DNA of 64,000 nucleotides, from NCBI GenBank assembly GCA_030390025.1, contig CM059432.1, forward strand, positions 58,096,001 to 58,160,000, given 5' to 3'. Source of the stretch: Squalus acanthias (taxonomy: Eukaryota). The notes beneath the pieces were generated by a model. The model saw only the letters and a program-made list of their open reading frames with translations. It was not told where the DNA came from and ran no database searches. This document shows positions 25,255 to 36,342 of the stretch, piece after piece. Numbering within the stretch: the stretch's first letter is position 1; the number at the start of each line of letters is the position of its first letter. Position numbers and translations under genes: made by a program.

Positions 25255-25447
25255 GATGCAGGGTAGTGGAAATCTGGAACTCTCTCCCCCAAAAAGCAGT
25301 TGAAAATTTCAAAACTGAGATTGATAGATTTTTGTTAGGCAAGGGTATTAGGGTTACGGAACTAAGGCAGGTAAGATACAGATCAGCCATGATCTAATTG
25401 AATGGCAGAACAGGCTCGAGGGGCCAAATGTTCTACTCCTGTTCCTG
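25255..25447 (+). mobile_element. CR1 3' fragment
   Basis: Homologous to the reverse complement of 9413-9620. Confidence 0.75.
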
Positions 25448-26398
25448 TGTGAGGTTCTTGGGCAGATTGCTTTCTGAAATCTCCCTATCATGGGAACCTA
25501 TAAGATTAGCAGGACATATGTTAAAATGCTGCCAGTAGGACACCACTATGTATGTCTGTGTTTTAATGAATGAGTGACCAGTGGGAGAATAAATGATAAA
25601 CAAAGCATAGTGCTTGCCCTGAGCTTGGGGAAGGCCTGCAACTCAATCTTTCCCACTTCCTTGATTGTCTTCAGCCTCTCAATCTGCCAGGCTCTGTTCT
25701 CAATAGGGGTAAACGATCTTAAGCTTACTAAGCCTCCTCCCATCGGTAGTTGGCATCTGTTACATGCAGCGTTCTGCACATAGATTGAAAAGGGACATCT
25801 GTTGGAATGAGGAACATGAGGGAAGATGTGCACCACCCAATTTGCCAGCCCAAATCTTACCTATGGCTCCCACACGTGCTAACTCTTTGGACCTTACTAC
25901 ATTTCATGGGCCTTAGGCCAAACTCATTGGCATGGCAGCAATACAATTAAACAGCAAAAACAATGTGCATGTCTGTGCATTTGAGAAGCCAGTGAACAGT
26001 TGCCAGAATTCCGGTCATTCTCTCTGCCATGCTGTACCAAGATTCAATTGAGTTGCAATGGGCCAGCAGAGTGAAGGGCAGCTAAGTCAGAAAAGGGAGT
26101 TTGACCTGACCTAAAGTGAGGGGGTAAGTACTAAATTATAATTTTTGACAAGTTAGGTTTTAATTAGAGTTGTTTTTAGCAAGTACTCACTGGCCTAGTT
26201 TGATCAATAATCAAGTTACTAATTACATGTAAAGTGCTAGTGGTTGGGTGTGATTTTTCAATGACTGGATATTTTGAAAGTGGTACTTGTATTTGATTCA
26301 CTGCTTGTGCTGCCTATGTTGTTTTGGAAGGATTTAAATCCTGGTATGAGAAGCCAGTGAAGTGAGAGGGGCAGCTGAGTAAGTTCGGGAGTTTGACC

Positions 26399-27265
26399 CA
26401 GCTCTACCTCACCACCACCTCTCTCAACTCCTCCACTGCCTCTGATTTGTTACGCTGCTTGTCCAACATCTAGTACTGAAGAAGCAGAAATTTCCTCCAA
26501 CTAAATATTGGAAGACCAAAGCCATTGTCTTCGATCCTCGCTACAAACTCAGTTCCCTACCCACTGACTCCCTTTCCCTGGCCACTGTCTGAGGCTGAAC
26601 CAGACTGTTCACAAACTTGGCAACCTATTTGACCTTGAGCTGAGCTTCCGACCCCATCTCTCTCCATCACCAAAATCGCCTACTTCCACCTCCATGAGAT
26701 TACTTGTCTCCGCCCCTGCCTCAGCTCATCTGCTGCTGAAACCCTCATCCATGCTTTTGTTACCTCCAGACACTATTCTAATGCTCTCCTGGCTGGCCTC
26801 CCACCTTGCACCCTCTGTAAACTTGAGCTGATCCAAAACTCTCCCTGTATTCTAACTCGCATAAGACAACACCTCCATTTTAAAATTCTCATCCTTGTTT
26901 GCAATCTCCCAAGGCCTCATTCCTGCCTATCTGTGTAACCTCCTCCAACCCTACAACCCTTCGTGATGTCTGTGCTCCTCCAGTTCTGCATTTTGTGTAT
27001 CCCCCACTACCTTTGCCTCACCATTGCGGCTGTGCCATCAGCTGTCTAGGCCCTAAGCTCTGGAATTCCCTCCCTAAATTTCTCTGCCTTTCTACCTCTC
27101 TCTCCTCCTTTAAGATGCTCCTTAAAACCTACCTTCTTTGACCAAGCTTTTGATCACCTGTCCTAATATCTCCTCATGTGGCTCGGTGTCAAATTTTGTT
27201 TGCTAATGACCCGGTGAAGTGTCTTGGGACATTTTACTCAGTTAAAGAAGCTATATAAATGCAAA
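26399..27265 (+). mobile_element. L2 LINE 3' fragment
   Basis: Homologous to 19701-19816 plus 22975-23748; ends GCTATATAAATGCAA. Confidence 0.85.
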
Positions 27266-27267
27266 TT

Positions 27268-27657
27268 GGGAGGGGGCGAGGCCATGAAGGGATTTGAATA
27301 TGAGGATGAGAATTTTAAAATCAAGGCGTTTGGGGACCAGGAGTCACTGAAGGTCAGTGAGTACAGGGTGATGGGTGAATGGGACTTGTTGCGAGTTAGG
27401 ACATGGGGAGCAGAGTTTTGGATGAGCTCAAGTTTCTGGAAGGTGGAAGGTAGGAGGCTGGCCAGAAGAGCATTGGCATAGCTGAATCCAGAGGTAACAA
27501 AAGCACGGATGAGGATTACAGCTCCAGATGGGCTGAGGCACGGGTGGAGCGGGCGATATTATGGATGCAGACGGTCGTAGTGATGGCCAAAATATTGGGT
27601 TGGAAGCTCAGCTCAGGGTCAAATAGGGCAGTCTGGTTCACCCTGAGACAGTGGCCA
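27268..27657 (-). mobile_element. Inverted L2 fragment abutting the preceding L2 tail
   Basis: Reverse complement aligns to ~26580-26920 with clear divergence. Confidence 0.75.
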
Positions 27658-27997
27658 GCTGCAGCAGTCTTTTAATTCTATATTTTGTTTTAAATATTTT
27701 TCCCTTGCAACAGATGGCCATCCAATGTCTGGTGTATTATAATTCCATTTTTAATTTTGAAAACTCAAAAACAAGTGAACTCTAACTATGGTTTGCTAGT
27801 AATCATTAAAAAGCAATCTCCATTAGAGTCAGTGAGGTTTCTTAAAGCTCGTGGAATAGTGTGAGACTGGTGATTTATAAGAATATAAAGTACTACACTC
27901 TTGCTATAGGCGTGCTTATCTACCAATACACAGCTAGATGATTAGAATTACACAAGATATTAATAGCAACAGTAATAGAAGAGTTAAAATAAATAAG

Positions 27998-28761
27998 GGG
28001 GGAGAAATTCGGTATCACCCCGTTTGGGGCGTTAAATTTTGAAAGCTGGAAAAATTAGCGCCAGACGCTAATGATTCTCAGCTTTTTCTAAATTGGGTGT
28101 TAGCGCTCCAGGAAGGAAGTGGAGCGCTAAATCAAGCACTACCACTTCCCTTCTGGAGCGCTAAACCACGCAGGAGGGACGGTAGAGGTGCAGCGCTGCA
28201 CAATGACCACCGCAGCGCTGCCGGGATCCGAGGCTCCTTCCCTCCCTTAAAGGGAAGGGCCATTACTGCAGTTGTGCATTTCAACGATGTCCGTCATCGG
28301 CGACGGCAGCCGGGATCCATGCTGATCAGCCCCAAGCACTCTAACAGAGTGCAGGGCTGATCAATCGTGGCAGGTAAAAATTTTCAAATGGCAACCTAAG
28401 GGATGGAAACAAATTTTTTCTGCAGCCCAGCGGCCTTACCTCTAATTACCGCTCCCAAAGCGCCCGGCCTCCCGAACAACGCCTCCTGCAGCTGTTGGTG
28501 TTATCGTCCGGCGATGCTGCAGGGAACAGAGCTGAATTTTGGGTCCGGGCCGCTACCGGGGTGCTGCGCAGCCGGATGACGTCACAATCTCCGGGCACAG
28601 GAGATCGTGGCGCTAGGGGTTACCACCGCTGCAAACCTCCAGGGGAATTTCGCGGGCGGCGGTACTATCGCCGCGCCCTTGCAGTAAGTCATTAGCGTCC
28701 TATTATCGCCCCCCCCCCAGAGGCGCTAACGGGAGGCGCAAAGGAGGCAAATTTCTAGCCC
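27998..28761. mobile_element. Harbinger-type MITE (764 bp)
   Basis: TIR GGGGGAGAAATT / AATTTCTAGCCC; flanks AAG/GAG; ends match 48136-53823. Confidence 0.85.
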
Positions 28762-28964
28762 GAGGTCTCTAATAACCAGAAGACAATATTAAAACTAAAT
28801 CCTGTTGCAAAAGGAATTGAACTATTCTCTTGCTGAGAATTTACGAATTTGGTAGAGGACATTGTCAAAATACTTTATAAATCATCTACATTTGCACTTT
28901 CCAGGAATGAACATACTATCTCTCCAAGTGTTGATGTACTTCATTTTAAGCCGCAACTCTCAGC

Positions 28965-29146
28965 CATTCGTTGAGTGTATTCAAGGCAAAGATCAATGGA
29001 TGTTTGGATATTAAGGGAATCAAGGATATGGGGATAGTGCAGGAAAGTGAAGTTGAGGTAGAAGATCAGCCATGATCTTATTGAATGGCGGAGCAGGCTC
29101 GAAGGGCCGAAGGGCCTACTCCTGCTCCTATTTCTTATGTTCTTAT
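28965..29146 (+). mobile_element. CR1 3' end
   Basis: GGCGGAGCAGGCTCGAAGGGCC...CCTACTCCTGCTCCTATTTCTTATGTTCTTAT tail. Confidence 0.85.
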
Positions 29147-29229
29147 TCTAAATTCTTTGCCAGTATATTATGAGCCTATTGAATGTCTGTGCCTGATTTT
29201 GGTTTCTGATTGTACATGGAAGTAAAAGC

Positions 29230-29600
29230 TTGTTTCATAATTTAAGCTTAAAGTGGTTGGTATTCATGGTAAACCCTGGAGACAGATAAGAAATGAACTG
29301 AAGTGGAAGAAGCAGTGGGCACCTGTTGGAGGACATGCCAGGATGTGGGGAGATGCTGACAGGAATGACCAAGGATTGGTGTTGGGATCCCTACAGTTTC
29401 TAATTTACATTAACTACTTGGATTTAGAAGCTTAATACAAAGTGGTCAAAGTCATAATAGGTGGGGTATCTGAGGAGACGGCTCCGGAAATAACAAAAGG
29501 AAACTGGCAAAATATGTAAGGGGAGGGAACAATGGCAGATACAATTTAATAAGAACAAGTGTAACGTGCTGAAATCAACGGATAGAAAACTGGAAGCAGT
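29230..29600 (+). mobile_element. Highly degenerate CR1 RT fragment
   Basis: QGLVLGSLQFLIYINYLD; WQIQFNKNKC-like segment. Confidence 0.55.
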
Positions 29601-30990
29601 GTGCCCACGCTTTTCCGATACCTTAATATTCTAACTACAACCTAACCAATAATGTGATATAAGTTTAAATTTACTTCTTTGCTTTTGTACTCTATGCGCC
29701 TATTTATAAAGTAATACAATTTGTATCAGTACCTTGAGCTGCGGAGTGGGGGAAATCATGCAGAATTCTCACTCCTGTTCACTATCCAATGCTCCCTGCT
29801 GGAAAGTCTGCCCGCATTATTTTTTTTAATTCGTTCATGGCAAGGCCAGCATTTATTGCCCATCCCTAATTGCCCTTGAGAAAGTGGTGATGAGCTGCCT
29901 TCTTGAACCGCTGCAGTCTGTGTGGTGAAGATACTCCCATAGTGCTGTTAGGGAGGGAGTTCCATGTTTTTGACCCAGCGATATTGAAGGAACGGCGATA
30001 TATTTCCAAGTCAGGATGGTGTGTAACTTGGAGGGGAACTTGCAGGTGATGGTGTTCCCATGCACCTGCTGCCCTTGTCCTTCTAGGTGGTAGAAGTCGC
30101 GGGTTTGGGAGGTGCTGCCGAAGAAGCCTTGACGAGTTGCTGCACTACAACTTGTAGATGGTGCACACTGCAGCCACGGTACGCCTGTGGTGGATGGAGT
30201 GAATGTTTAATGTGGTGGATGAGGTGCCAATCAAACGGGCTGCTTTGTCCTGGATGGTGTCGAGTTTCTTGAATGTTGTTGGAGCTGCACTCATCCAGGC
30301 AAGTGGAGAGTATTCCATCACACTCCTGACTTGTGCCTTCTAGATGGTGGAAAGGCTTTGGGGAGTCAGGAGGTGAGACACTCGCCGCAGAATATCCAGC
30401 CTCTGACCTGCTCCTGTAGCTATAGTATTTATGTGGCTGGTCCAGTTAAGTTTCTGGTTAATGGTAACCCCCAGGATGTTGATGGTGGGGGATTAGGCGA
30501 TGGTAATGCCGTTGAATGTCAAGGGGCAGTAGTTACACTCTCTCTTGTTGGAGATAGTCATTGCCTGGCACTTGTGTGGCACGAATGTTGCTTGCCACTT
30601 ATCAGCCCAATCCTGAATGTCGTCCAAGTCATAGGGGTAGAAATTAGGTCGCGCCCCATTTGGGGCGCAAATATCGTCCGCGCGCAAATATTAGCGCCTG
30701 GCGCTAATTATCGGCACTGACAGGAAACTTCACTTTTACCGCCCCGGGAGGTGAGTGGAGCGCTAAATTAGGCGCTGCACACCTCTCTTAAGGCGCAAAG
30801 GCCTAGGAGTGAGGCGCTAACTCAGCGCACGAGCGCAGCGCAGCTGCTGCCAGTTAGCGAGGGAACACAGACACACTGGCGCCGGACACTTCTTAAAGCG
30901 GGGGGGGCCACTTGCTCCCCAGCCACACCCTGCTCATTGCAGCCTTGAATCTCAGCCTGGAGAGACCTGTAATCCATTTTGCTGCCAAGC

Positions 30991-32955
30991 ATGGAGAGGG
31001 TGAGAGAACGCGCTCATCGCTTCACCGAGCGGGCCTTGGATGCTCTGGTTGACGCAGTGGAGCGCAGACGATGCATGCTGTTCCCGGAGAGTGGCAGGAG
31101 GCCTTTGCCACGCGAGTTCAGAAGAGTGTGGAGGGAGGTGGCTCAGAGCGTCTCCTCCAGGAGCATGGTGCCCAGGACCCATGTCCAGTGCCGCAAAAAG
31201 TTCAACGACCTCACTCGGGTTGTCAGGGTGAGTGGCTTTTTCTCAATACCTCTCCATCCCTCCATCTCAACCTCACTCTATGGCCAGAGGGTCTTAAAAC
31301 CCCAATGCACAACACTCATGCAACACCTATGGCCCTTTCATCAAACACACACACACATTCCACACTTTGCATACAGTAAGGGCTATTCACCTATGGGAGG
31401 CACATCAGGCAAGACCATGGCTGCATACAGTAAGGGCTATTCACCTATGGGAGGCACATCAGGCAAGACCATGGCTGCATACAGTAAGGGCTATTCACCT
31501 ATGGGAGGCACATCAGGCAAGACCATGGCTGTATATTGACTCAGATGCTGTCCTTTTTCTTGCAGGCTAAGCTGGCTCATAATCGGAGACAGCAGCAACG
31601 GACGGGTGGAGGGCGGCTTCAGCTGCAACCCCTCAGCGATCTGGAGGAGCGCGTCCACAGGATTGTGGCAAGCCGGGTGATCGGTCCCGTCGCCACTGGA
31701 GACGCCGACCCCGTTGTGGACAGCAATGGTAAGGTCATCACCTTTTTGTCCTCTGTCCTTCCACTTGTCCCTCACAATACCAGCCTTTGACACTTTCAAT
31801 CCAACTTGCTAACTCGCTGCACTTATTCCTCCCTTACTGCCACCCTGTCCTCACGCTAAAGCCACTCTTGTACCTCCCTGCTTTCAGATGGTGATTCACC
31901 AGCTGAGGAGATGGTCCCTGAAGCTGCCACTGGGAGTGATGCTGCAGCTGAGGAGGAAGAGGAACCCGGAGCATCAGTGCCACCCTCTCCCGAGGAAGCC
32001 CATGGCCACACTGGGAACACGCCTTCCCCGGAGGGGAGCAGGGGGGAAGGGGCTGATGATGGTGAAGTTCCAGGACCCAGCGGGCTGCAGCAACGCCATG
32101 GGGGGGGGAGGGAAGAACGGGGGAGCAGGGGGGAAGGGGCTGATGATGGTGAAGTTCCAGGACCCAGCGGGCTGCAGCAACGCCATGGGGGGGGGGAGGG
32201 AAGAACGGGAGCCTTCTCCCCAGAGGGAGAGTATGCCAGACACTCCTAATGCAATGGACGCAGAGGAGGAGCGGCTGATTGCAGAAATGAACAGCCAGGC
32301 GGTGGTCATGCACACTGAGCTCATGGGTGCAGTGGGAAGGGTGCCCGAATGCATTGAGGCACTGGCAAGGAGTGTGGAGCACTTCGCTGTAGCACAGGCG
32401 GATGCCACACTAAAGCTTACTGCTGCAATTCAGTCACTGGCTGCCAGGAACCCATCTGAGCCTGCTCTCATGCAGACTCAGATTGAGGCCACGCGAGCAC
32501 TGACTGCTGCCATCCTCGATGGTTCGTGCACATGTCCCCGGGGCTGTCACCGCGCCGCAGCAGGCCAGCAATCTGTTCTCCGGCAAATTGCTCCGGATGC
32601 TGAAGTGCTGCCCCGTGGGAGTGCCAGTGTGTCGGGCGAGCAGGGAGTTGCTGTCCTCTCTCACGATGACAGCATTCCTGCTGCCAACACTGTCACTTCT
32701 CCACTGCACTTGCCACCGCCTGTAGGACAGACTGCTGCCGCCCATGCAGAGTTGGTGCAGTCTGCAGCCGGGCCCTCCAGGCCCAGAAGTGGTCGAGGCC
32801 GTCCTTCAGGGGCATCTGCAGTGTCAGGGTCTGACAAGCAGCAGCCTTCCACCAGCCTTGCTGCAGCCACTGAGGTCCCATTACGGAGGAGCAGTAGGGT
32901 TAGAAGGGGGGAAGTGCGCAAGGGAAGGAGATCACCCTCGAAGGGCAAAAAGTAG
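30991..32955 (+). CDS. Harbinger Myb/SANT-like protein; exons 30991-31227, 31566-31728, 31888-32955; one apparent +1 frameshift in G10 at 32187-32196
   Basis: GT/AG junctions, phases 0 and 1; RAHRFTERALDALV...W...RTHVQCRKKFNDL | AKLAHNRRQQQRTGGG; collinear with the intact copy at 48497-50369. Confidence 0.85.
31369..31530. repeat. 3 x 54-bp perfect tandem repeat in Myb intron 1
   Basis: Unit GCATACAGTAAGGGCTATTCACCTATGGGAGGCACATCAGGCAAGACCATGGCT. Confidence 0.95.
32033..32208. repeat. 87-bp tandem duplication in Myb exon 3
   Basis: GAGCAGGGGGGAAGGGGCTGATGATGG... at 32036 and 32123; single copy in the sister element. Confidence 0.9.
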
Positions 32956-33249
32956 GAGGTGTGCCAAAATGCTGGTCATTTTTTTATTAAAGGCCGAGGT
33001 TCATGGCCCAACTTTTGTTTAGTGTTTTGGACATTATCTCCAGGTTGTGAGAACCAGTTATGTTATTGACTGTTTTTTTGTGTTTATTTCTATGAGTTTG
33101 TCATGAGGAATTGACACACACAGAGTTTGTACAATAAATAAGTTTCTGTATTCAAAATATACATGGCTGGTGGTTGGAATTATTGGTGCCTTGGCCGGCT
33201 TAGGGGTTGCGTGCTGGGTTGATTCGTGTTTGTAGCACTGGCAGGGGCC

Positions 33250-34410
33250 CTAGAAGCGGCTTGCTATTAGTCGTTGACGGACGGCCCTTGCAGTTTGACC
33301 ATTGTGGGCCGCCCTCCTGCCTTGGTGCTGCTGCTGATCATCGTCCTCGGCCTGTTCCTCCTCTTCCTCCTCCTCCTCTTGTGGTGCTGCAAGGCCTGGT
33401 GGCATTGGCTGCGTCCTGAGGATTGCCATGTTGTGCAACATGCAGCACACCACTACGAATTTGGAAACTTGCTCAGGCGAGTACTGCAGGGCTCCTCCGG
33501 AATGGTCCAGACAGCGGAATCGTTGTTTGAGCACGCCGATTGTGCGCTCAATAATGTTCCTGGTTGCTTGTTGGCTTTCCTGGTACCGCAGCTCAGCAGG
33601 GGTGTTTGGCGCACGGAGCGGTGTCATCAGCCAGGTGCTCAATGCGTACCCCTTGTCCCCCAGAAGCCAACCAACTGGCTGATGCGGTGCCTCGAAAATT
33701 TCTGCCACAGTACTCTGGCGCAGGATGAAAGCATCGTGGCAGCTGCCCGGATAGTGGGCATTGACAGCGAGAATCACCTGTCTGTGGTCACAGACCAACT
33801 GCACATTCAAGGAATGGAACCCCTTTCTGTTCCGGAACTCCTCTGCATTCTCTCGCGGAGCACGCAAAGCCACATGCGTGCAGTCAATGGCGCCCTGCAC
33901 CATGGGGAAGCCCGCTACCCTCGCAAAGCCCATAGCACGGTCATGCTGCTTGTCTGGGGTCATAGGGAAGGAGATGAAGTCTCGTCTCCTTGTGAAGAGG
34001 GCATTGGTGACCTGCCGGATGCAGCGATGCACCGCAAACTGGGAGATATTGGCGAGGTCCCCAACAGCAGCTTGGAATGAGCCATTGGCGTAGAAGTTCA
34101 AAGCCACTGTGACCTTCACTGCCACCGACAGAGACGTCCTGGACCTCAGCTGAGGCTGCAGATCTGGCTGCAGCAGGTGGCAGAGCTCAGTGACCACCTC
34201 CTTGCTGAATCGCAGCCTTCGCAAACACAGCTCCTCGGACATGTGGATGTAGGAGAGCTGTTCACGATATACCCTGGGAGGGTAAGCTCTCCTGTACATG
34301 CGCCTGATGGGCCTCCTCCGTCTGGCCATCATTGCCACTCTCTGTCTGCGTCTCACTCTCCTCCGATTGAGCTGGAGCAGGACGACGCCCCCAATCATTG
34401 CAGCCCCCAT
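33250..34410 (-). CDS. Intact HARBI1-like Harbinger DDE transposase (386 aa)
   Basis: Uninterrupted ATG-to-stop ORF; catalytic motifs GAIDCTH, LLGDKGY, IERTIG; PGSCHD; CCMLHN; acidic tail. Confidence 0.95.
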   Translation of the reverse strand: MGAAMIGGVVLLQLNRRRVRRRQRVAMMARRRRPIRRMYRRAYPPRVYREQLSYIHMSEELCLRRLRFSKEVVTELCHLLQPDLQPQLRSRTSLSVAVKVTVALNFYANGSFQAAVGDLANISQFAVHRCIRQVTNALFTRRRDFISFPMTPDKQHDRAMGFARVAGFPMVQGAIDCTHVALRAPRENAEEFRNRKGFHSLNVQLVCDHRQVILAVNAHYPGSCHDAFILRQSTVAEIFEAPHQPVGWLLGDKGYALSTWLMTPLRAPNTPAELRYQESQQATRNIIERTIGVLKQRFRCLDHSGGALQYSPEQVSKFVVVCCMLHNMAILRTQPMPPGLAAPQEEEEEEEEQAEDDDQQQHQGRRAAHNGQTARAVRQRLIASRF

Positions 34411-36342
34411 CTTCTCTTTGCCAGAAAAGTAATGAGGTACAGCAACGAAAGTAGCAGCAAAGTTAGGATGAACTAGGCAAAACTACCTCACAAAGCGTTG
34501 AGTCAATGTAGAAGTCTCTCTCTCTCTCTCTCCGAATCTCTCTCTCTCTCTCAGAACGAGTGGTGCATAAATGTCGACCACAGAAAAAGACAGGAAGAGG
34601 CCCCCTTTAAATAGCGCCCCCCCCAGCCCCACACCGATTGATAACGTTCCAGTCTTCCGGTCGTTGGAAGCGCCAGGCGGTAAGGCAGGGGGCGCCACTC
34701 AATTTCCGCTCCGGGGCGCCCCAAGGGCGTTGCACCACGGAATGACGTCACAATCTGCGCGCGCAGGTGGTCGCAGCGGTAAGTTTTAGCGCCGCCGCAC
34801 AATCTCAAGTTAAGTTCTCGAGCGGCGCAAACAGCGCTGCGCCCGGGCGTTAGCGCCTTAACGCCCCATTAGCGCCCATTTAAGGCGCTAACGGGAGGCG
34901 CAACCAACTGAATTTTTACCCCATAGAGTCATAACATAGAGTCATAACAGCACAGAAGGAGAACATTCAGCCCACCAAGTCCATGCTGCATGCAGGCATG
35001 GACTGCTTCATTATCTGAGTAGTTGCGAATGGAATTGAACACTGTGCAATCATCAGCGAACATCCCCAATTCTGACCTTATGATGGAGGGAAGGTCATCA
35101 ATGAAGCAGCTGAAGATGGTTGGGCCTAGGACACTGCCCTGAGGAACTCCTCAAGCGATGTCCTGGGGCTGAGATGATTAACCTCCAACAATCACAACCA
35201 TCATCCTTTGTGCTAAGTATGACTCCAGCCAGTGGAGAGTTTTCCCCCTGATTCCCATTGACTTCAGTTTCACTAGGGCTCCTTGATGCCACACTCAGTC
35301 AAATGCTGCCTTGATGTCAAGGGCAGTCACTCTCATCTCACCTCTGAAATTCAGCTGTTTTGTTCATGTTTCGACCAAAGCTGTAATGAGGTCTGGAGCC
35401 GAGTGGTCCTGGCGGAGCCCAAACTGAGAATCGGTGAGAAGGTTGTTGGTGAGTAAGTGCTGCTTGATATCACTGTTGACGACACCATTGATCACTTTGC
35501 TGATGATTGAGAGTAGACTGATGGGGCGGTAATTGGGCGGATTGGATTTGTCCTGCTTTTTGTGGACAGGTCATACCTGGGCAGTTTTCCACATTGTCGG
35601 GTAGATGCCAGTGTTGTAGCTGTACTGGAACAGCTTGGCTAGAGGCGCGGTTAGTTCTGGAGCACAAGTCTTCAGCACGACAGCCGGGATGTTGTCGGGG
35701 TATTTGATGTATCCAGTGCGCTCAGCCGTTTCTTGATATCATGTGGAGCAAATCAAATTGGCTGAAGACTGGCTTCTGTGATGGTGGGGACCTCAGGAGG
35801 AGGTCAATATGAATCATCCACTCGGCACTTCTGGCTGAAGATGGTTGCAAACCCTTCAGCCTTGCCTTTTGCACTTGCGTGCTGGGCTCCGCCATCATTG
35901 AGGATGGGGATGTTCATGGAACCTCCTCCTCCCGTTAGTTGTTTAATTGTCCACCACCATTCACAACTGCATGTGGGAGGACTGCAGAGCTTTGATCTGA
36001 TCCGTTGATTGTGGGATCGCTTAGCTCTGTCTATAGCATGCTGCTTCCACTGTTTAGCATGCATGTAGTCTTGTGTTGCAGCTTCCCCAGGTTGGTGCTG
36101 CTCCTGGCATGATCCTCATTGAATGTTGTGCAAGGAGTCAAATAGCATTAGAAACTCATTTTCTAGGCTCACACATGAAGAATAGTGACTTGGGTGAGGC
36201 ACCAGAGGGAGCTTGGTGTACGTGGCGTCATACCCTATTCTGAGCCAGGGTGTTCAGAACAGGAAGGGAGAAAATTGGGGGAAAAGTTCAAAAAGTGAAC
36301 CATTAAAAAGCAAGTGGTGGGCCAGCAAGAAATAAAGATTCA

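Larger units (their letters stand above)
30634..34922. mobile_element. Near-intact autonomous PIF/Harbinger transposon (4289 bp)
   Basis: TIR GGGGTAGAAATT / AATTTTTACCCC, TSD ATA; convergent Myb (+) and transposase (-) genes. Confidence 0.95.
29820..36115 (-). mobile_element. CR1-group LINE (distinct family), degenerate, split by a Harbinger
   Basis: WWWTIKQLTGGG...FATIFSQKC, LDDIQDWADKWQATFVPHKCQAM; flanks the 30634-34922 element on both sides. Confidence 0.8.

Noticed and set aside
31369..31530. CRISPR-like array
   Set aside because: Contiguous tandem units with no spacers, in a eukaryotic intron
31888..32955. 355-aa ORF as a standalone gene
   Set aside because: Its ATG sits at a splice acceptor; the N-terminal third is out of frame with the spliced Myb product
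33274..34080. 268-aa plus-strand ORF
   Set aside because: Antisense shadow of the GC-rich transposase; broken in the sister copy
33250..34410. Host HARBI1 gene
   Set aside because: Lies within TIRs and a TSD next to a Myb partner, with many paralogues nearby; it is a transposon ORF, so no gene symbol assigned
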